A DNA stretch of 64,000 bases from an uncultured virus (IMG/VR IMGVR_UViG_3300046691_000407) (IMGVR_UViG_3300046691_000407); one strand, 5' to 3'; numbered from the stretch's first letter, positions 19,595 to 30,157 are shown. The notes: generated by a model not told the origin, from the sequence alone. Translations and numbers: made by a program.

Positions 19595-20143
19595 TTAGAT
19601 GGACACGACTTCCGTCACTTCGGGGACAAAGTACCGCATCAGGTTCTGGATGCCATGCTTGAGTGTCGCCGATGACGACGGGCACCCCGAGCACGCGCCG
19701 CGCATCTCAAGTCCGAGGACCCCGTTGCGGTATGACCGGAACACGATGTCGCCGCCGTCTCCGGCGACGGCGGGACGGATCCTGGTGTCGATGAGTTCGC
19801 GGATGGTGTCGACGACGGCTGCATCCGTCTCGTCGAAGTCGACGGCCGCCTCCGGCGCGGCACCGCTCGCGTCCGCCATGAAGTCGGGGGAGAACAGCGT
19901 CGCGATGGTTTCACGCAGGGACGGAACAGTCTCATCCCATGCGCTCTCGTCTTCGATCGTCACAGAGATGGCGTCCTCGCTGACGAGAACCGTCTTCACG
20001 TTCGCTAGAGCGAAGATAGCCTGCACCAGCGCGTCGCCGCCCTGCATCCCGCGGCTGAATTCATGAGGAACGGAGGAGAGGTGCTTTCCGGGCAGGAACT
20101 TGCGCGTGCGGGGATTGGGCGTGGACTCGACGACGACGATCAT
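19595..20143 (-). CDS. Nfu/NifU-family Fe-S carrier
   Basis: TPNP.T.KF N-terminal domain; IRPAV..DGGDI; GACSGCPSS. Confidence 0.93.
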   Translation of the reverse strand: MIVVVESTPNPRTRKFLPGKHLSSVPHEFSRGMQGGDALVQAIFALANVKTVLVSEDAISVTIEDESAWDETVPSLRETIATLFSPDFMADASGAAPEAAVDFDETDAAVVDTIRELIDTRIRPAVAGDGGDIVFRSYRNGVLGLEMRGACSGCPSSSATLKHGIQNLMRYFVPEVTEVVSI

Positions 20144-20294
20144 TTGAGGCTCCTTGAATTCACCAGATCATGCTCCCGAGACGGTGCCGAATCAAGGACT
20201 CGGCAAGAGTCAGAAGGATTCGTGTTGAAAATCCTATCGGGATCGCGTACGGAGGCTGGATTGAATCCATCGCAAGCCAGGAGCCGAAGACATC

Positions 20295-21383
20295 ATGACA
20301 GAAACCAGGGAACTCAAGCGCCAGGCAGTCTTCTGGTTCGGGGCGTTTCTCGCATTCACCGCCCTCCTTTGGGTGTTCAGCTCGATCCTGCTTCCGTTCG
20401 TCGCGGGAATGGCCATCGCCTATTTCCTCGATCCCGTCGCCGACAGGCTCGAGCGGATGGGCCTGAGCAGGCTCGCCGCAACGCTTGTCATCCTCGTGTC
20501 CTTCATCCTGATCATCGTCGCGGCGCTCGTTGTCGTCATCCCGGTTCTTGTCGGGCAGTTCCACGAATTCTCCCTCAGGCTCCCCAGCTACGTCGGTCTC
20601 CTGCAGACCTATGTTCTCGGGCTTCAGGACACCCTGCTGCCCGATTGGGCGAAGTCCCAGCTTGGCGCGGTGAAGGACAATCTTTCTGGCATGATGTCGC
20701 AGGGCATGGGGTTCGTGGTCGGCCTTGCCGGGCAGATCTGGACGTCGGGCAAGGCGATGGTCGATCTCGCCTCCCTCTTCCTCGTCACGCCCGTCGTCGC
20801 CTTCTATGTCCTTCTCGACTGGGACCGCATGATCGAACGGGTCGATGAATGGATCCCGCGCAATCACCTCGCCGACGTCCGCTCCATCGCGCATGACATC
20901 GACACCGCCATCGCGGGGTTCATCCGCGGCCAGGGATCCCTGTGCCTCATTCTCGGTGTCTTCTACGCCATCGGACTTTCGGTCACGGGACTGAACTTCG
21001 GCCTGCTCATCGGCTTCTTCGCGGGGATGATCAGCTTCATTCCCTATGTCGGCTCCATCGTCGGCCTCGTGCTAGCCGTTGGCGTGGCGCTCGTGCAGTT
21101 CTGGAATGATCCCGCCTGGATCGGCGCCGTCGTGGCGGTGTTTGTGGTCGGCCAGTTCACGGAGGGCAACATCCTGCAGCCGAAGCTTGTCGGCGAGAGC
21201 GTCGGGCTGCATCCGGTATGGCTGATGTTCGCCCTCTTCGCCTTCGGCCTGCTGTTCGGCTTCGTCGGACTGATGGTTGCCGTGCCGGCCGCCGCCGCGG
21301 TGGGAGTTCTTGTCCGCTATGGTCTTTCCAAGTATCTGGAAAGCGACATCTATCATGGACGCAAGCCCTCTAGCGACCGGTGA
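20295..21383 (+). CDS. AI-2E (PerM) family transporter
   Basis: AYFLDPV, FYVLLD, FIPYVG, EGNILQPKLVG, GLHPVW. Confidence 0.93.
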   Translation: MTETRELKRQAVFWFGAFLAFTALLWVFSSILLPFVAGMAIAYFLDPVADRLERMGLSRLAATLVILVSFILIIVAALVVVIPVLVGQFHEFSLRLPSYVGLLQTYVLGLQDTLLPDWAKSQLGAVKDNLSGMMSQGMGFVVGLAGQIWTSGKAMVDLASLFLVTPVVAFYVLLDWDRMIERVDEWIPRNHLADVRSIAHDIDTAIAGFIRGQGSLCLILGVFYAIGLSVTGLNFGLLIGFFAGMISFIPYVGSIVGLVLAVGVALVQFWNDPAWIGAVVAVFVVGQFTEGNILQPKLVGESVGLHPVWLMFALFAFGLLFGFVGLMVAVPAAAAVGVLVRYGLSKYLESDIYHGRKPSSDR

Positions 21384-21396
21384 CGGGAGAAGGCGC

Positions 21397-21741
21397 ATGA
21401 CGGCGGATCGGGATCGAGCGCGGCGTTTCCGTCTCGCGCTGGCCAGAGGCTATGCGGAGCATTGCCGCAGGACGGCCCGGCCAACCCGGATTGAGCGCCT
21501 TGCAGCGTGGCTCGACAAGACCGTCTTCTGGACGGGGATCACGTGGATGGGCCTGCTCGTCCCGTGCGTATCGAGCCCATGGTGGAGCGAGGATTTTCGC
21601 GAGGGCTTCAGACCGATTCTCGGCTGGGCATTAATGGTGATGCTCCTGCTGCTTCTGATTTCCGCGGCCGTCGGCTTCATCATGAGCATCTGGCAGCAGC
21701 GTCGCGACCTTCTTTCGTTCGATGAGACGTGGCGGCGCTGA
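21397..21741 (+). CDS. small membrane protein
   Basis: GGGAG RBS; two TM segments. Confidence 0.6.
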   Translation: MTADRDRARRFRLALARGYAEHCRRTARPTRIERLAAWLDKTVFWTGITWMGLLVPCVSSPWWSEDFREGFRPILGWALMVMLLLLLISAAVGFIMSIWQQRRDLLSFDETWRR

Positions 21742-21758
21742 CAGCGTTAGCCGTTGCC

Positions 21759-22001
21759 TCAAGGACAGGATGTTGATGCCGGATCTGTGATGACATCGTG
21801 GGTTTCGAGCGCTTCCGACAATTCTGCGAGGCCGAAGCGGAGTTCCATTTCGTCGGCCTCGTTGCGGTAGCGAATGGCGAGCGATGTGGCGTGGTCGATG
21901 ATGTCCTGGATGGCGTCGACGGACAGTTTGATCTGCCGGGTTTTGCCAGTGATTGCGCCATCGTCGTCGAACACGTTGAGATCGAGGGTGAGGTTGGGCA
22001 T
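21759..22001 (-). CDS. small hypothetical protein
   Basis: GGAGG RBS before MPNLTLDL. Confidence 0.65.
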   Translation of the reverse strand: MPNLTLDLNVFDDDGAITGKTRQIKLSVDAIQDIIDHATSLAIRYRNEADEMELRFGLAELSEALETHDVITDPASTSCP

Positions 22002-22129
22002 TTGTGGTTCCTCCATGCGGAAACTCAGATGCGGCAAGTGTTCCCAGGAATCGGGCAAGGAGCAACAGGTCGAGATCCTTATTGTGGTTGGTGTGACACC
22101 ATGCGACTGTCGGCGGAACGGAGAATGCA

Positions 22130-22540
22130 ATGAGACTTTCAGATCTTGTTTCGAGACTTGACGACGCAATGGCGTGGGTTTGCGACCGGACAGGTGGCAA
22201 CGACATCGTCGTGGCGGTGAGTTCTCCCGACAGTCGCCGCCGGGCGTTTTCCGGCATTTCGTCCGTGCCCGACGTGGATGGCGATATCGCGGTCGTGTCG
22301 TTCATCGATGGTGACTACGGCGAAGCCGGCATGACGACGGTGAGGCTCCGCGCCCTGATCATGGACTTCATGCACGACCACGGAGACCTCGAAGTCGCCA
22401 TCAGGCAGGATCGTGAGCTCTTCCGGAGGGTGGATGTGAATGTCGACCAGGAGACCGACGACTACGGCGATCCGGTCGGCTGGGTCGCCATCGTGCAGGC
22501 CTATTTCCTGAAGCCTGCGTCAAATCTCCTGAACAGGTGA
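22130..22540 (+). CDS. hypothetical protein (paralog 1)
   Basis: GGAG RBS; shares GDL.VA...NVDQE...G..V...IVQAY with the next gene. Confidence 0.75.
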   Translation: MRLSDLVSRLDDAMAWVCDRTGGNDIVVAVSSPDSRRRAFSGISSVPDVDGDIAVVSFIDGDYGEAGMTTVRLRALIMDFMHDHGDLEVAIRQDRELFRRVDVNVDQETDDYGDPVGWVAIVQAYFLKPASNLLNR

Positions 22541-22551
22541 AGGGAACGGAC

Positions 22552-22941
22552 ATGCTGCTCTCCGGACTCTGTCAGGAAATCGACGAGGTGTCGGGACGTT
22601 TCGGCCGGATGGTCGTCGCCATCGGCGCGATCAATGGAACGTGGCGATCCTTTGCTGGTCTCGGGCTTGCTAAGCTGGACGACGAGGCGGTGGCCTATCT
22701 TGCGGCGGGCGACGTGTCCTACTGCAGGGTGGATCCCGTTGCGGCTGCCGACTTCCGTGAGTGGGTCGAGGACTTCATTCACAAGAACGGAGACTTGAAG
22801 GTCGCCGTGTTCGAGGGCGGACGGCTGCACGACTTCATCGATCTGAACGTCGACCAGGAAATCGGCGAGGACGGCGAGGATGTGAGCGTCATGATCGTCC
22901 AGGCCTATGTGATGAAGGCGTCGCCGAAGACGGCTCGATAG
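22552..22941 (+). CDS. hypothetical protein (paralog 2)
   Basis: Same motif block as 22130-22540. Confidence 0.75.
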   Translation: MLLSGLCQEIDEVSGRFGRMVVAIGAINGTWRSFAGLGLAKLDDEAVAYLAAGDVSYCRVDPVAAADFREWVEDFIHKNGDLKVAVFEGGRLHDFIDLNVDQEIGEDGEDVSVMIVQAYVMKASPKTAR

Positions 22942-23056
22942 CCACCCCAATTTGTCAGCTTCCATCTCCCAGGGATTGAATCGTCACCGGCGATTGCAAT
23001 CAGGTGCATCCGCTCAAATCATGGGAGTTAACGCCGATCGTTTCCCTGGGGGCTGC

Positions 23057-23293
23057 ATGAGTGACATCGAAGACCGCGTCAGAAGACTGATCTCGCGCAA
23101 CCTGTCAGTGGCGGAGGAGGCTGCGGTTCCGACGGCCAGTCTGATCGCGGATCTCGGAGCAGACTCCCTCGATATCGTCGAGCTTCTCATGAGCATGGAA
23201 GACGAGTTCGGCATCCAGCTCACCGATGATCAGCTTGCGTCCATCGAGACCGTCGGCGACGCCGTCGCGCTTATCGGGAAGGTGACCTCGTAG
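23057..23293 (+). CDS. acpP: acyl carrier protein
   Basis: DLGADSLD phosphopantetheine site; EDEFGI; TVGDA. Confidence 0.92.
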   Translation: MSDIEDRVRRLISRNLSVAEEAAVPTASLIADLGADSLDIVELLMSMEDEFGIQLTDDQLASIETVGDAVALIGKVTS

Positions 23294-23783
23294 GGTCATC
23301 CTTCGGCGGCTGCATCTCCCCGCTCTCGAGGATTTCGTCGCACGGAACGCCCGTCGCCGCCGAGACCTCGTTGATGTCCGCGCCGGGATGCTTCCGCAGG
23401 TATCGCCTGACCCTGAGAAGTTCATATGTGATCTTCGGCCGGCGCTCGTGATAGTCGGTGCGCAGTCTCTCCTCGTCGCGTTCGTGGCGGCCGATGATCT
23501 CCGACGCCGCCCAGTCGTCCGCCTCCGCAAGCTTCCTGAGTACGGCTGCGGCGCGGCCCTCTCCGTCCGGGGGTAGAGTTCTGCCTGACAGGATGTAGGT
23601 GGTGACGCCGGGACGGTCTACGACGAAGTCGCCTTCGCCTTCGTGGATGCGAATCCGCGGCGGATTGTTCGTGGACACCACGTTTCGCATGTTCGACTGC
23701 CGCACGATGTCGAAGAACTCATGCGGCGTCCCGATCAGTGGATCCCTGCGGATGACCTCGAAGCTGCCTTTCGTTTTCGCCAT
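23271..23783 (-). CDS. hypothetical protein with possible C-terminal HTH
   Basis: VRRYLRKHPGADINEVSAATGV. Confidence 0.6.
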   Translation of the reverse strand: MAKTKGSFEVIRRDPLIGTPHEFFDIVRQSNMRNVVSTNNPPRIRIHEGEGDFVVDRPGVTTYILSGRTLPPDGEGRAAAVLRKLAEADDWAASEIIGRHERDEERLRTDYHERRPKITYELLRVRRYLRKHPGADINEVSAATGVPCDEILESGEMQPPKDDPTRSPSR

Positions 23784-23925
23784 GCTCACCACTTCCCCTC
23801 TGCTTCCTTGAGAATACGGCCGTCGAAGCCATACGTCACGCGCCGCATCAGCGATCCGAATCTCATGGTCGTTGACGCGGAATCCATCTCGACCGACCCT
23901 TGTATGGGATTGAGGAGAAAAGACA

Positions 23926-24654
23926 TTGGTATACGAGTTGGGTGAAGTAGACGACGCTGATAGCGATGAAAAGGAAGCCGCAAAGCCCGCGGATCCGAGA
24001 AGCATCATTTCGATCGCCTCGAAGGAGTCCCTGCCGGACGCGATGAACGAATTCCTGTTCGCATGGCGGCCGGCGAAGTTCTTCGCGCCCCGCCCATATA
24101 TCGCAGAGGGATATGAAGGTGCTGCCTTCCGGAATGACAACGGCGACACCTTCGAGGTCCGCACATATCCGGATTCGCCGCGGGGATCCTGCCGTCTCTT
24201 CACGTCGCTGAAGAGTGACACCAAGGAGGAGCGCAACGAAGCGTTTAGCTCCGTGCTGCACTTTCTGGGTCAGACGGGCATGCGCAACATGAACGGTCTC
24301 TCGTTGTATCAGGAGGACAAGCCGTATCGAACCCGCCGAGACGACTACGATTCCCTGGTCGCGGTGGAGACGCTGTACGACCTCATCCTGCGGGAGGCTG
24401 CTCGCGCCCTGCCCGGTGTTGTCAGCAAGAACGAGATCCAGGCGATCATCGAAGCCGAATGGGCGTTCCCCGACGGCGATCTTAAAAAGGACGACCGCAA
24501 GGGGGTCGCCCGGTGGCTATCCTCCTACGAGATGCTCTTCAGCATGTTTCCGAGCGGCTTTCACAGGCGAACGATCTCCTTCGACGGCGCGCGCCGCATC
24601 ACGCTGCGTGAGAAGGGCCTCGAATACCTTCGCCAGCGCGCCTTCATCGCCTGA
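23926..24654 (+). CDS. hypothetical protein
   Basis: GAGGAG RBS with TTG start. Confidence 0.7.
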   Translation: MVYELGEVDDADSDEKEAAKPADPRSIISIASKESLPDAMNEFLFAWRPAKFFAPRPYIAEGYEGAAFRNDNGDTFEVRTYPDSPRGSCRLFTSLKSDTKEERNEAFSSVLHFLGQTGMRNMNGLSLYQEDKPYRTRRDDYDSLVAVETLYDLILREAARALPGVVSKNEIQAIIEAEWAFPDGDLKKDDRKGVARWLSSYEMLFSMFPSGFHRRTISFDGARRITLREKGLEYLRQRAFIA

Positions 24655-24687
24655 TCGCCCCAATCAAAGACCGAAACGGAGGACACC

Positions 24688-26496
24688 ATGTCCGGATCAA
24701 TGTTCATCGCCGTCCGCACGAACGACGGCACGCTTCTTTATGCAAACGGCCATTCGCGCTCGTCCTACAACGTCTTCAGTTACCGGGAGATCTTCGATGG
24801 CGACGATGCCAAGGCCATCGAGATCATCAACGAATGGAACGAGGGTGAAACGGTTCCGACCCATGTGCGCCCGCTGGAATACGGGGCCATCGTCATCGAC
24901 TTCCAGACGAAGCAGATACTCAACGACTCCTACTACGACACCAACATCAACCTCATGACCTATCTCAGCGGCGGATCGTTCATCGACGAGCTGATAGCAA
25001 TGGAGAGGACGCGCACGGCCTCCGACGAGGAGCTGGTGCGCCCGGTCTACGATCTCGAAGGCAACCTGTGGGACGGCCGCGGCGAGAGGCCTGACGAGGG
25101 GATCGGCAAGAATGACAACTACCGGAACGGCGAGTACGACGATGCTTTCTACATCGACTATTCGCCGTGGACCGTGCGCTGCTATCCCGAAACGCCGGGC
25201 GGCCGCATCGCGTTTCTCAATGCGGTCGAAGCCTGCGGATTTCCCGTGCGGCGCGATCTCTGGGAGAACCGGTCCTGCGAGACCGAGCGGGACGAGGAAC
25301 TCAGGGGCAAGGCGAGTTCGGACATCAGGAGAGTGATGTCGCGGCTGGCAAGGAAAGGCGTCGACGGCGCGCCGCTCTGGAGCATCGATGACGAGACGGG
25401 CGCGTTCACCGCGAACATCATTCTCAAGTTCAAGCGGAATGATGGCACCCTGGAGCACATCCTTGTTCCGATAACGCTTTCCGGAACCTCCGAGCTGAAG
25501 GCGATCAGCCGGACCGTCGGTTCTTGGCACGCCGACGAGACGATCTACACCAACGGAACCGCCACGTTCAGCGACCGCGACGGCGATGGCGACTGGGAGA
25601 TGCTTCCCTACTCGAAGGGCGTTCCAGTCGAAGACCGTCTCGATCTCTTCGCATGCCTTCTCCTTGGCGCCGGTGGGCGCGACAACGAAGTGCTCCGCCC
25701 CCTCAGCGACGGCTACGAGGATGGCGAGTTCCTCGACAAGATCGCCTACGGCCGTATGACCGAGGTCGATCTCGAATACCATGTCTGGTCGCCTGATCTC
25801 GCGCAGACCCCTGCCGATGAGATCGAGCGCGTCAGGGCGGAGGCCGAGCGTCGTCTCCGGAATTACTGGGCCGTCCATGAAGCCCATCTCCTCGGATACG
25901 CGCGTGAAAGCTTCTGGGGAGTGCTCGTCCGCAAGGGCGTGATCGAGATCGGCCCGGCTATCTACAGCAACGGCCATTCCGGCAACATCTACGGGTGCTT
26001 CGGCGTGGAGCGGCGGGCGCAGGCCTTCGCATATGCCAACCGCCTTCTGGAACTGGGCTGCGGCACGGCGATCGATCCGAAGGGTGAAAACCTGATCGTC
26101 ACCGAGGGGGCTTCCCGGGCATTCGCGAACCATGGCGAGGAGATCCACGAGATGGAGGACGCCCTTTCGAGCTGCGCCTTCAGTTCGTTCCACAAACGCG
26201 ACGGCCGGGTGGATCGAGCGCTGGAACCCCGGTTCCGCGAACTATCGGACCTCATGCGCCGTCACCGGCACGAATGGACGGGGATCGGCCGCGCATGGCC
26301 CCTCGAGTCCGAATGGAAGGCGCTCTGGGCGCCTCTGAGCGCCGCACTGGGCGAAGTCACGCCGGAGAAACTGGACGCGCTTGAGAAGCCGAAGAGCAGG
26401 TGGGACGACCCGGCCCGGTTCTGGAGGCTCAAGGCGGCGCTGGATCTGGTCACTTTCCCAGAGCGGCTGAAGGAGCTGGCGGGGGAGAAGCAGTAG
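24688..26496 (+). CDS. hypothetical protein (602 aa)
   Basis: GGAGG RBS; long ORF with typical codon bias. Confidence 0.8.
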   Translation: MSGSMFIAVRTNDGTLLYANGHSRSSYNVFSYREIFDGDDAKAIEIINEWNEGETVPTHVRPLEYGAIVIDFQTKQILNDSYYDTNINLMTYLSGGSFIDELIAMERTRTASDEELVRPVYDLEGNLWDGRGERPDEGIGKNDNYRNGEYDDAFYIDYSPWTVRCYPETPGGRIAFLNAVEACGFPVRRDLWENRSCETERDEELRGKASSDIRRVMSRLARKGVDGAPLWSIDDETGAFTANIILKFKRNDGTLEHILVPITLSGTSELKAISRTVGSWHADETIYTNGTATFSDRDGDGDWEMLPYSKGVPVEDRLDLFACLLLGAGGRDNEVLRPLSDGYEDGEFLDKIAYGRMTEVDLEYHVWSPDLAQTPADEIERVRAEAERRLRNYWAVHEAHLLGYARESFWGVLVRKGVIEIGPAIYSNGHSGNIYGCFGVERRAQAFAYANRLLELGCGTAIDPKGENLIVTEGASRAFANHGEEIHEMEDALSSCAFSSFHKRDGRVDRALEPRFRELSDLMRRHRHEWTGIGRAWPLESEWKALWAPLSAALGEVTPEKLDALEKPKSRWDDPARFWRLKAALDLVTFPERLKELAGEKQ

Positions 26497-26505
26497 GCTT
26501 CGCGG

Positions 26506-26901
26506 CTACGCGGCTGACGGAACGCTTGCGCTGGGAGGGGTCGCCTTCCGGCATCTGGCCTTGGAGGCTTCCCGGGCTTCCTTTTTCTGCAGACGCACGG
26601 ACTCGCCTGCGTAGATTGTACTTTCGTCCTCGGGCCAATCGATGTGGCTCCAGTAGAGGGAGTCTAGGTTCTCCCACGCGGATCTTTCGGTATCGAAATG
26701 CTCCGGCCCTTCCCGCCCGCCTGCGCAGGGGATGAATTTGCTGTTCCGGCGGATGACGATCCAGTTCAGCATCGTTGCGGGGAAGGACTGGGCCACCAGA
26801 TCGTGGTAGACGTAGAGCTCACCTTTCCTGCTCGCCTTTGGGCATTCGTAGCGCCCTTCCCTGATTTTGGTGCCGCATCGGCATTTCAAGAGGCGGCTCA
26901 T
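26506..26901 (-). CDS. hypothetical Cys-containing protein
   Basis: ATGA overlap with the upstream stop. Confidence 0.65.
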   Translation of the reverse strand: MSRLLKCRCGTKIREGRYECPKASRKGELYVYHDLVAQSFPATMLNWIVIRRNSKFIPCAGGREGPEHFDTERSAWENLDSLYWSHIDWPEDESTIYAGESVRLQKKEAREASKARCRKATPPSASVPSAA

Positions 26902-27242
26902 GCTCTGATACCACATTCGGCATCGGCCAGGCGGGCGTAGGCGGAGAGGTTCATCTTGGCCTTGAATCCGAGGTCGCGCTCCACAGGGAGGCCGACCTTG
27001 CCACGGATCTCCTTCAGTTCCTCTAGCGAGACGTCGCCGATTTCGGGGGATCCGACACCCATGTCGCAGAGGCCGTACAGGATGTCCTCGTCATCGGGAT
27101 ACATTGCGGCGATCAGCCATGTAGCTCCCGCATCGGGAGTGAAGAACTTCGCGACGGGTTCCGGATCGAAGTCCGGTTCGTTCAGGACGCGCGCGCCGTT
27201 CTCGAGCAGTTTCGCCTTGATATCGTCGGTGATCAGGATCAC
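26898..27242 (-). CDS. DUF2958-like protein
   Basis: KFFTPD..ATWL, YGLCD.G.G.PE.G.VSL.EL, GLPVERD. Confidence 0.8.
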   Translation of the reverse strand: MILITDDIKAKLLENGARVLNEPDFDPEPVAKFFTPDAGATWLIAAMYPDDEDILYGLCDMGVGSPEIGDVSLEELKEIRGKVGLPVERDLGFKAKMNLSAYARLADAECGIRA

Positions 27243-27336
27243 GAGCAGGACTCCCTCTTTCGTGGAGGTAATCTAGTTGTCGTGGCGTTGTCAACAATTA
27301 TCGCCGTCAATATAATGCGAATCCTGAAAGGAAGTA

Positions 27337-27585
27337 TCAGAGCGATCCGCACCAGCGCTGCATCTCATCGATCCTGCCCTGGATCTCCGGTGGCAGGTCG
27401 TCCGGCGTTCGGGATGTGATGGATGTGACCCAGCCGTCGCAGTCGTGGTTCATGAAGATGGGCTGGCCCTCGCGCCGCAGATCCGTCGGCACATCCTGCA
27501 GGACGAGCCTCCATTTGCGCCCGTCCCGTCCGCGGATCAGGACGTGGTCATGTTCCAGCGTCGCGATGGTCGCGGCGATCCTCAT
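27337..27585 (-). CDS. small hypothetical protein
   Basis: ATGA overlap with the upstream gene. Confidence 0.6.
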   Translation of the reverse strand: MRIAATIATLEHDHVLIRGRDGRKWRLVLQDVPTDLRREGQPIFMNHDCDGWVTSITSRTPDDLPPEIQGRIDEMQRWCGSL

Positions 27586-28196
27586 GGCGCGGGCGCTGGT
27601 TCGGCGGACAGGTCGATCCCTGCCTCGGCGCAGAGTTCGACATATTCCGCTCCAAGTTCCCGGATCGTCTCCCAGTCGTTCGCGCCCTCTGCGATCCTCG
27701 CGGCCTGAAACGCGATGCGCTCCCGGATGGCTGCGATCTGCCGGTCGAGTTCGAACCCGCGCCGTCTCGACGACTCCCTGCGATCCTCTTCTGTCCAATC
27801 GGCGATGATCCGGTCCCACGGCATCTTCGCGAGATGAGCGTCCAGAGCATTCCTGAGGAATTCGCTTGGCGCGGCCCCGGCCCTGTCGGTCCAGTAGAAC
27901 ACGCTGCCGTTGATCCTGTTCCTGGCCGTCGCGCCGTCGCGAACGATCCCGCAGCCCTCGATCGTGAAGCCATCGATCACGAGCGGGATCTTCTTTCCTG
28001 GAAAGCGCGCGACAATGGCGTCGAGAAGTTCCGTCTCGGCCGAAGGGATCGTCACGAAGCGCTGGCTGATGTGTCCCCGGATGTCGGAGAACTTGCCGCC
28101 GCAGTCCTTGACCTGCTTGCCGAAAATCTTTGGGAACTCGGTCTCCGCAGCGATGTGGATGCAGACGGTCTTGTATGTCACTGACGGGATGTTCAT
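27582..28196 (-). CDS. hypothetical protein
   Basis: GAGG RBS, 204 aa. Confidence 0.7.
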   Translation of the reverse strand: MNIPSVTYKTVCIHIAAETEFPKIFGKQVKDCGGKFSDIRGHISQRFVTIPSAETELLDAIVARFPGKKIPLVIDGFTIEGCGIVRDGATARNRINGSVFYWTDRAGAAPSEFLRNALDAHLAKMPWDRIIADWTEEDRRESSRRRGFELDRQIAAIRERIAFQAARIAEGANDWETIRELGAEYVELCAEAGIDLSAEPAPAP

Positions 28197-28269
28197 GGGA
28201 TCGTGCCTCGTGTCTTCGTATGGTTAGTCTGGCATGCCCGTGAGCAAGCGACAGGGTGCTGGCGAGCCG

Positions 28270-29172
28270 TCACCGATGGAAGGCGTGGGACGGCTGCCAC
28301 TCCCTGGCTTCGACTGCGCAGTTCGCGCGGGCGACCGTCTGCGAAAGAAGATCAGCAAGCGCCGCGAGGTGGTCGGTCTCGCCTTCAAGGATCACGACGC
28401 CGGGATCACGCACGCGCAGATATCCCCAGCCGTACGACAGGACGAGTCCGATCATCGCCGCGCGTTCGTCGTCCTGCGGATCGTATGGAGCCTGCTCGTA
28501 GTGGTGCCACTCGACATGGCCGCCAGGATCAGCTTCCTCGCTGTACTCCCAGAATTCGTTGGACTGCCGTCTGCCATCTTCCTCGACGGCGTCGGCGAAC
28601 GCCTTGGCGGTTTCAGGAAGCTGGTCGGGGTCGTCCACGAATGTCGCGAACGGCGCCTTCGGAGGACATTCGAAGATCTCGCCGACGGGCGAAAGCCAGC
28701 CGGCGAAGCCGGGCATCAGGGAAGACCAGACGGAATCGCGGGCAAGGGAGGCGTGCTTCGGCTTCGGTTTCTGAAAAGGCTTGGCGACCCTGCAGACCAG
28801 CGCCCGGTTCAGCATGCGCGCGAGAAACTTGGTCTTTCTGCGGAGTTCGTTCAGGTGCTCGCTGGCGCAGTCGAGTTCGATCTTGTCTCCCCCGAAGGTG
28901 CCGACACGTCCCCAGCCGCTGGCGTAGATCTTGTCCATCGCCTCCGCCATGTGCTGCCCCGAGATCGACAGGGCTCCATCGGGGGAGACAAAAGTTGCAA
29001 GGAAATCCGAAACCCCAGGAAGGATGTCGGCGTTTTCGGTGAAGAACCCCAGATGATTGAACAGCGGGACGACGTGGAGGATCCCGTCAGGCGAGATCCA
29101 CGCGGTCGTGCTGTCGCGCTTCAGCGACTTCAGGGCTTCGATGTTTGGCGTGTAGAGGTCAGGCTTTGCCAT
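28270..29172 (-). CDS. hypothetical protein with internally repeated W(I/L)SP.G module
   Basis: AWISPDG...GWGRV and GWLSPVG...GWGYL halves. Confidence 0.7.
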   Translation of the reverse strand: MAKPDLYTPNIEALKSLKRDSTTAWISPDGILHVVPLFNHLGFFTENADILPGVSDFLATFVSPDGALSISGQHMAEAMDKIYASGWGRVGTFGGDKIELDCASEHLNELRRKTKFLARMLNRALVCRVAKPFQKPKPKHASLARDSVWSSLMPGFAGWLSPVGEIFECPPKAPFATFVDDPDQLPETAKAFADAVEEDGRRQSNEFWEYSEEADPGGHVEWHHYEQAPYDPQDDERAAMIGLVLSYGWGYLRVRDPGVVILEGETDHLAALADLLSQTVARANCAVEAREWQPSHAFHR

Positions 29173-29530
29173 TGTACCTACCGGGTTCCGTCAGCTTTCT
29201 ATCGGCGATCTCGCTTGAGGAGAGAATCCTCGCCATCTTGATCTCGAGGTTTGGGTTTCCGCCGACCCTGAGCGCGCGCCTTGTCTTAAGCTCGTTGCGC
29301 CGTCGCCTTTCGACGGCTTCGATCTCCTGCAGCGCGCTTTCCATGTTGTTGAGGCGGCCCCGGACCTTTCCGGTTCCGTCGCAGGCACCACAGTCCGGAC
29401 TCCCGTGGTTGTCGTAGTGGCCGGATCCGCTGCATGCCGTGCAGGTGTGCATGCCGATGCCGTAACGGCGCCAGTAGTCGATACTGCGCTGCCGCTTGCG
29501 TTCGCTCCAGGTCTCTCCGTAGCCGGACAT
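29159..29530 (-). CDS. DnaJ-type Zn-finger small protein
   Basis: CTACSGSG and CGACDGTG. Confidence 0.7.
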   Translation of the reverse strand: MSGYGETWSERKRQRSIDYWRRYGIGMHTCTACSGSGHYDNHGSPDCGACDGTGKVRGRLNNMESALQEIEAVERRRRNELKTRRALRVGGNPNLEIKMARILSSSEIADRKLTEPGRYNGKA

Positions 29531-29748
29531 CAGTCCCACTCCTCTCTGCTAGCGCGCTCGTCTGCATCCAGCGCGATTGCTGCGCGGTGTTCGCCGTCGA
29601 GCGTCTTCCAGATCTGCTGGACGTAGGCGCCGACATAGTTGCGCCAGTCCTGCACGTCGCGTGAAGCCTCGAACATCGGGTCGTTGAGATCCGAGTGCTT
29701 GTGGCGGCCGCTCATGCGGTCGTACCAGAGGGTCTGGAGTCGTGACAT
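29530..29748 (-). CDS. small phage-like hypothetical protein
   Basis: AAGGA RBS; TGATG coupling; DWRNYV. Confidence 0.7.
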   Translation of the reverse strand: MSRLQTLWYDRMSGRHKHSDLNDPMFEASRDVQDWRNYVGAYVQQIWKTLDGEHRAAIALDADERASREEWD

Positions 29749-29821
29749 CGCGGTTTCCTTTCAGTCGGCAGACCTTAGGAAGCCGCGATGTGCTTGTCAA
29801 CAATTATAGCAGAAGAGGACG

Positions 29822-30157
29822 CTACGAGTCCTTGGAATCCTTGTTGTAGGTTCCGTGGGGAAAGCCAAACGCGCGGCGAAGTCCCCTGGTGTCGATCCCG
29901 ATCCTGAAATACGAATTGCCATAGATCGGCTCCGACACGGCACCGATCCTCAGATCCACGTCAACGCCGAGCGCGCAGAGTATTTGCATCAGCCGCCAGG
30001 GTGTCAGGTCGTCGAAGCGGTATGCGACCGCGTCCGCGACTTCCGCCTCGGTCACGCCATATGCGTTCTTGAAGCGGTCGGGATGTGGGGGTTCGTCACG
30101 AACCACAAGGCGGATCGCGTCCGCTAGGCCGCCTTTTTCATCAAGGATGTGATGCGG
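29822..30157 (-). pseudogene. XRE/HTH-like frame lacking a clear start
   Basis: KGGLADAI...RLMQILCALGVDVDLRI resembles XRE-type HTH; frame opens at 30157. Confidence 0.35.

Noticed and set aside
24697..26193. Other long antisense or alternate-frame ORFs (also 36123-37610, 51412-52887, 33291-34589)
   Set aside because: They overlap better-supported genes that have an RBS and family motifs.
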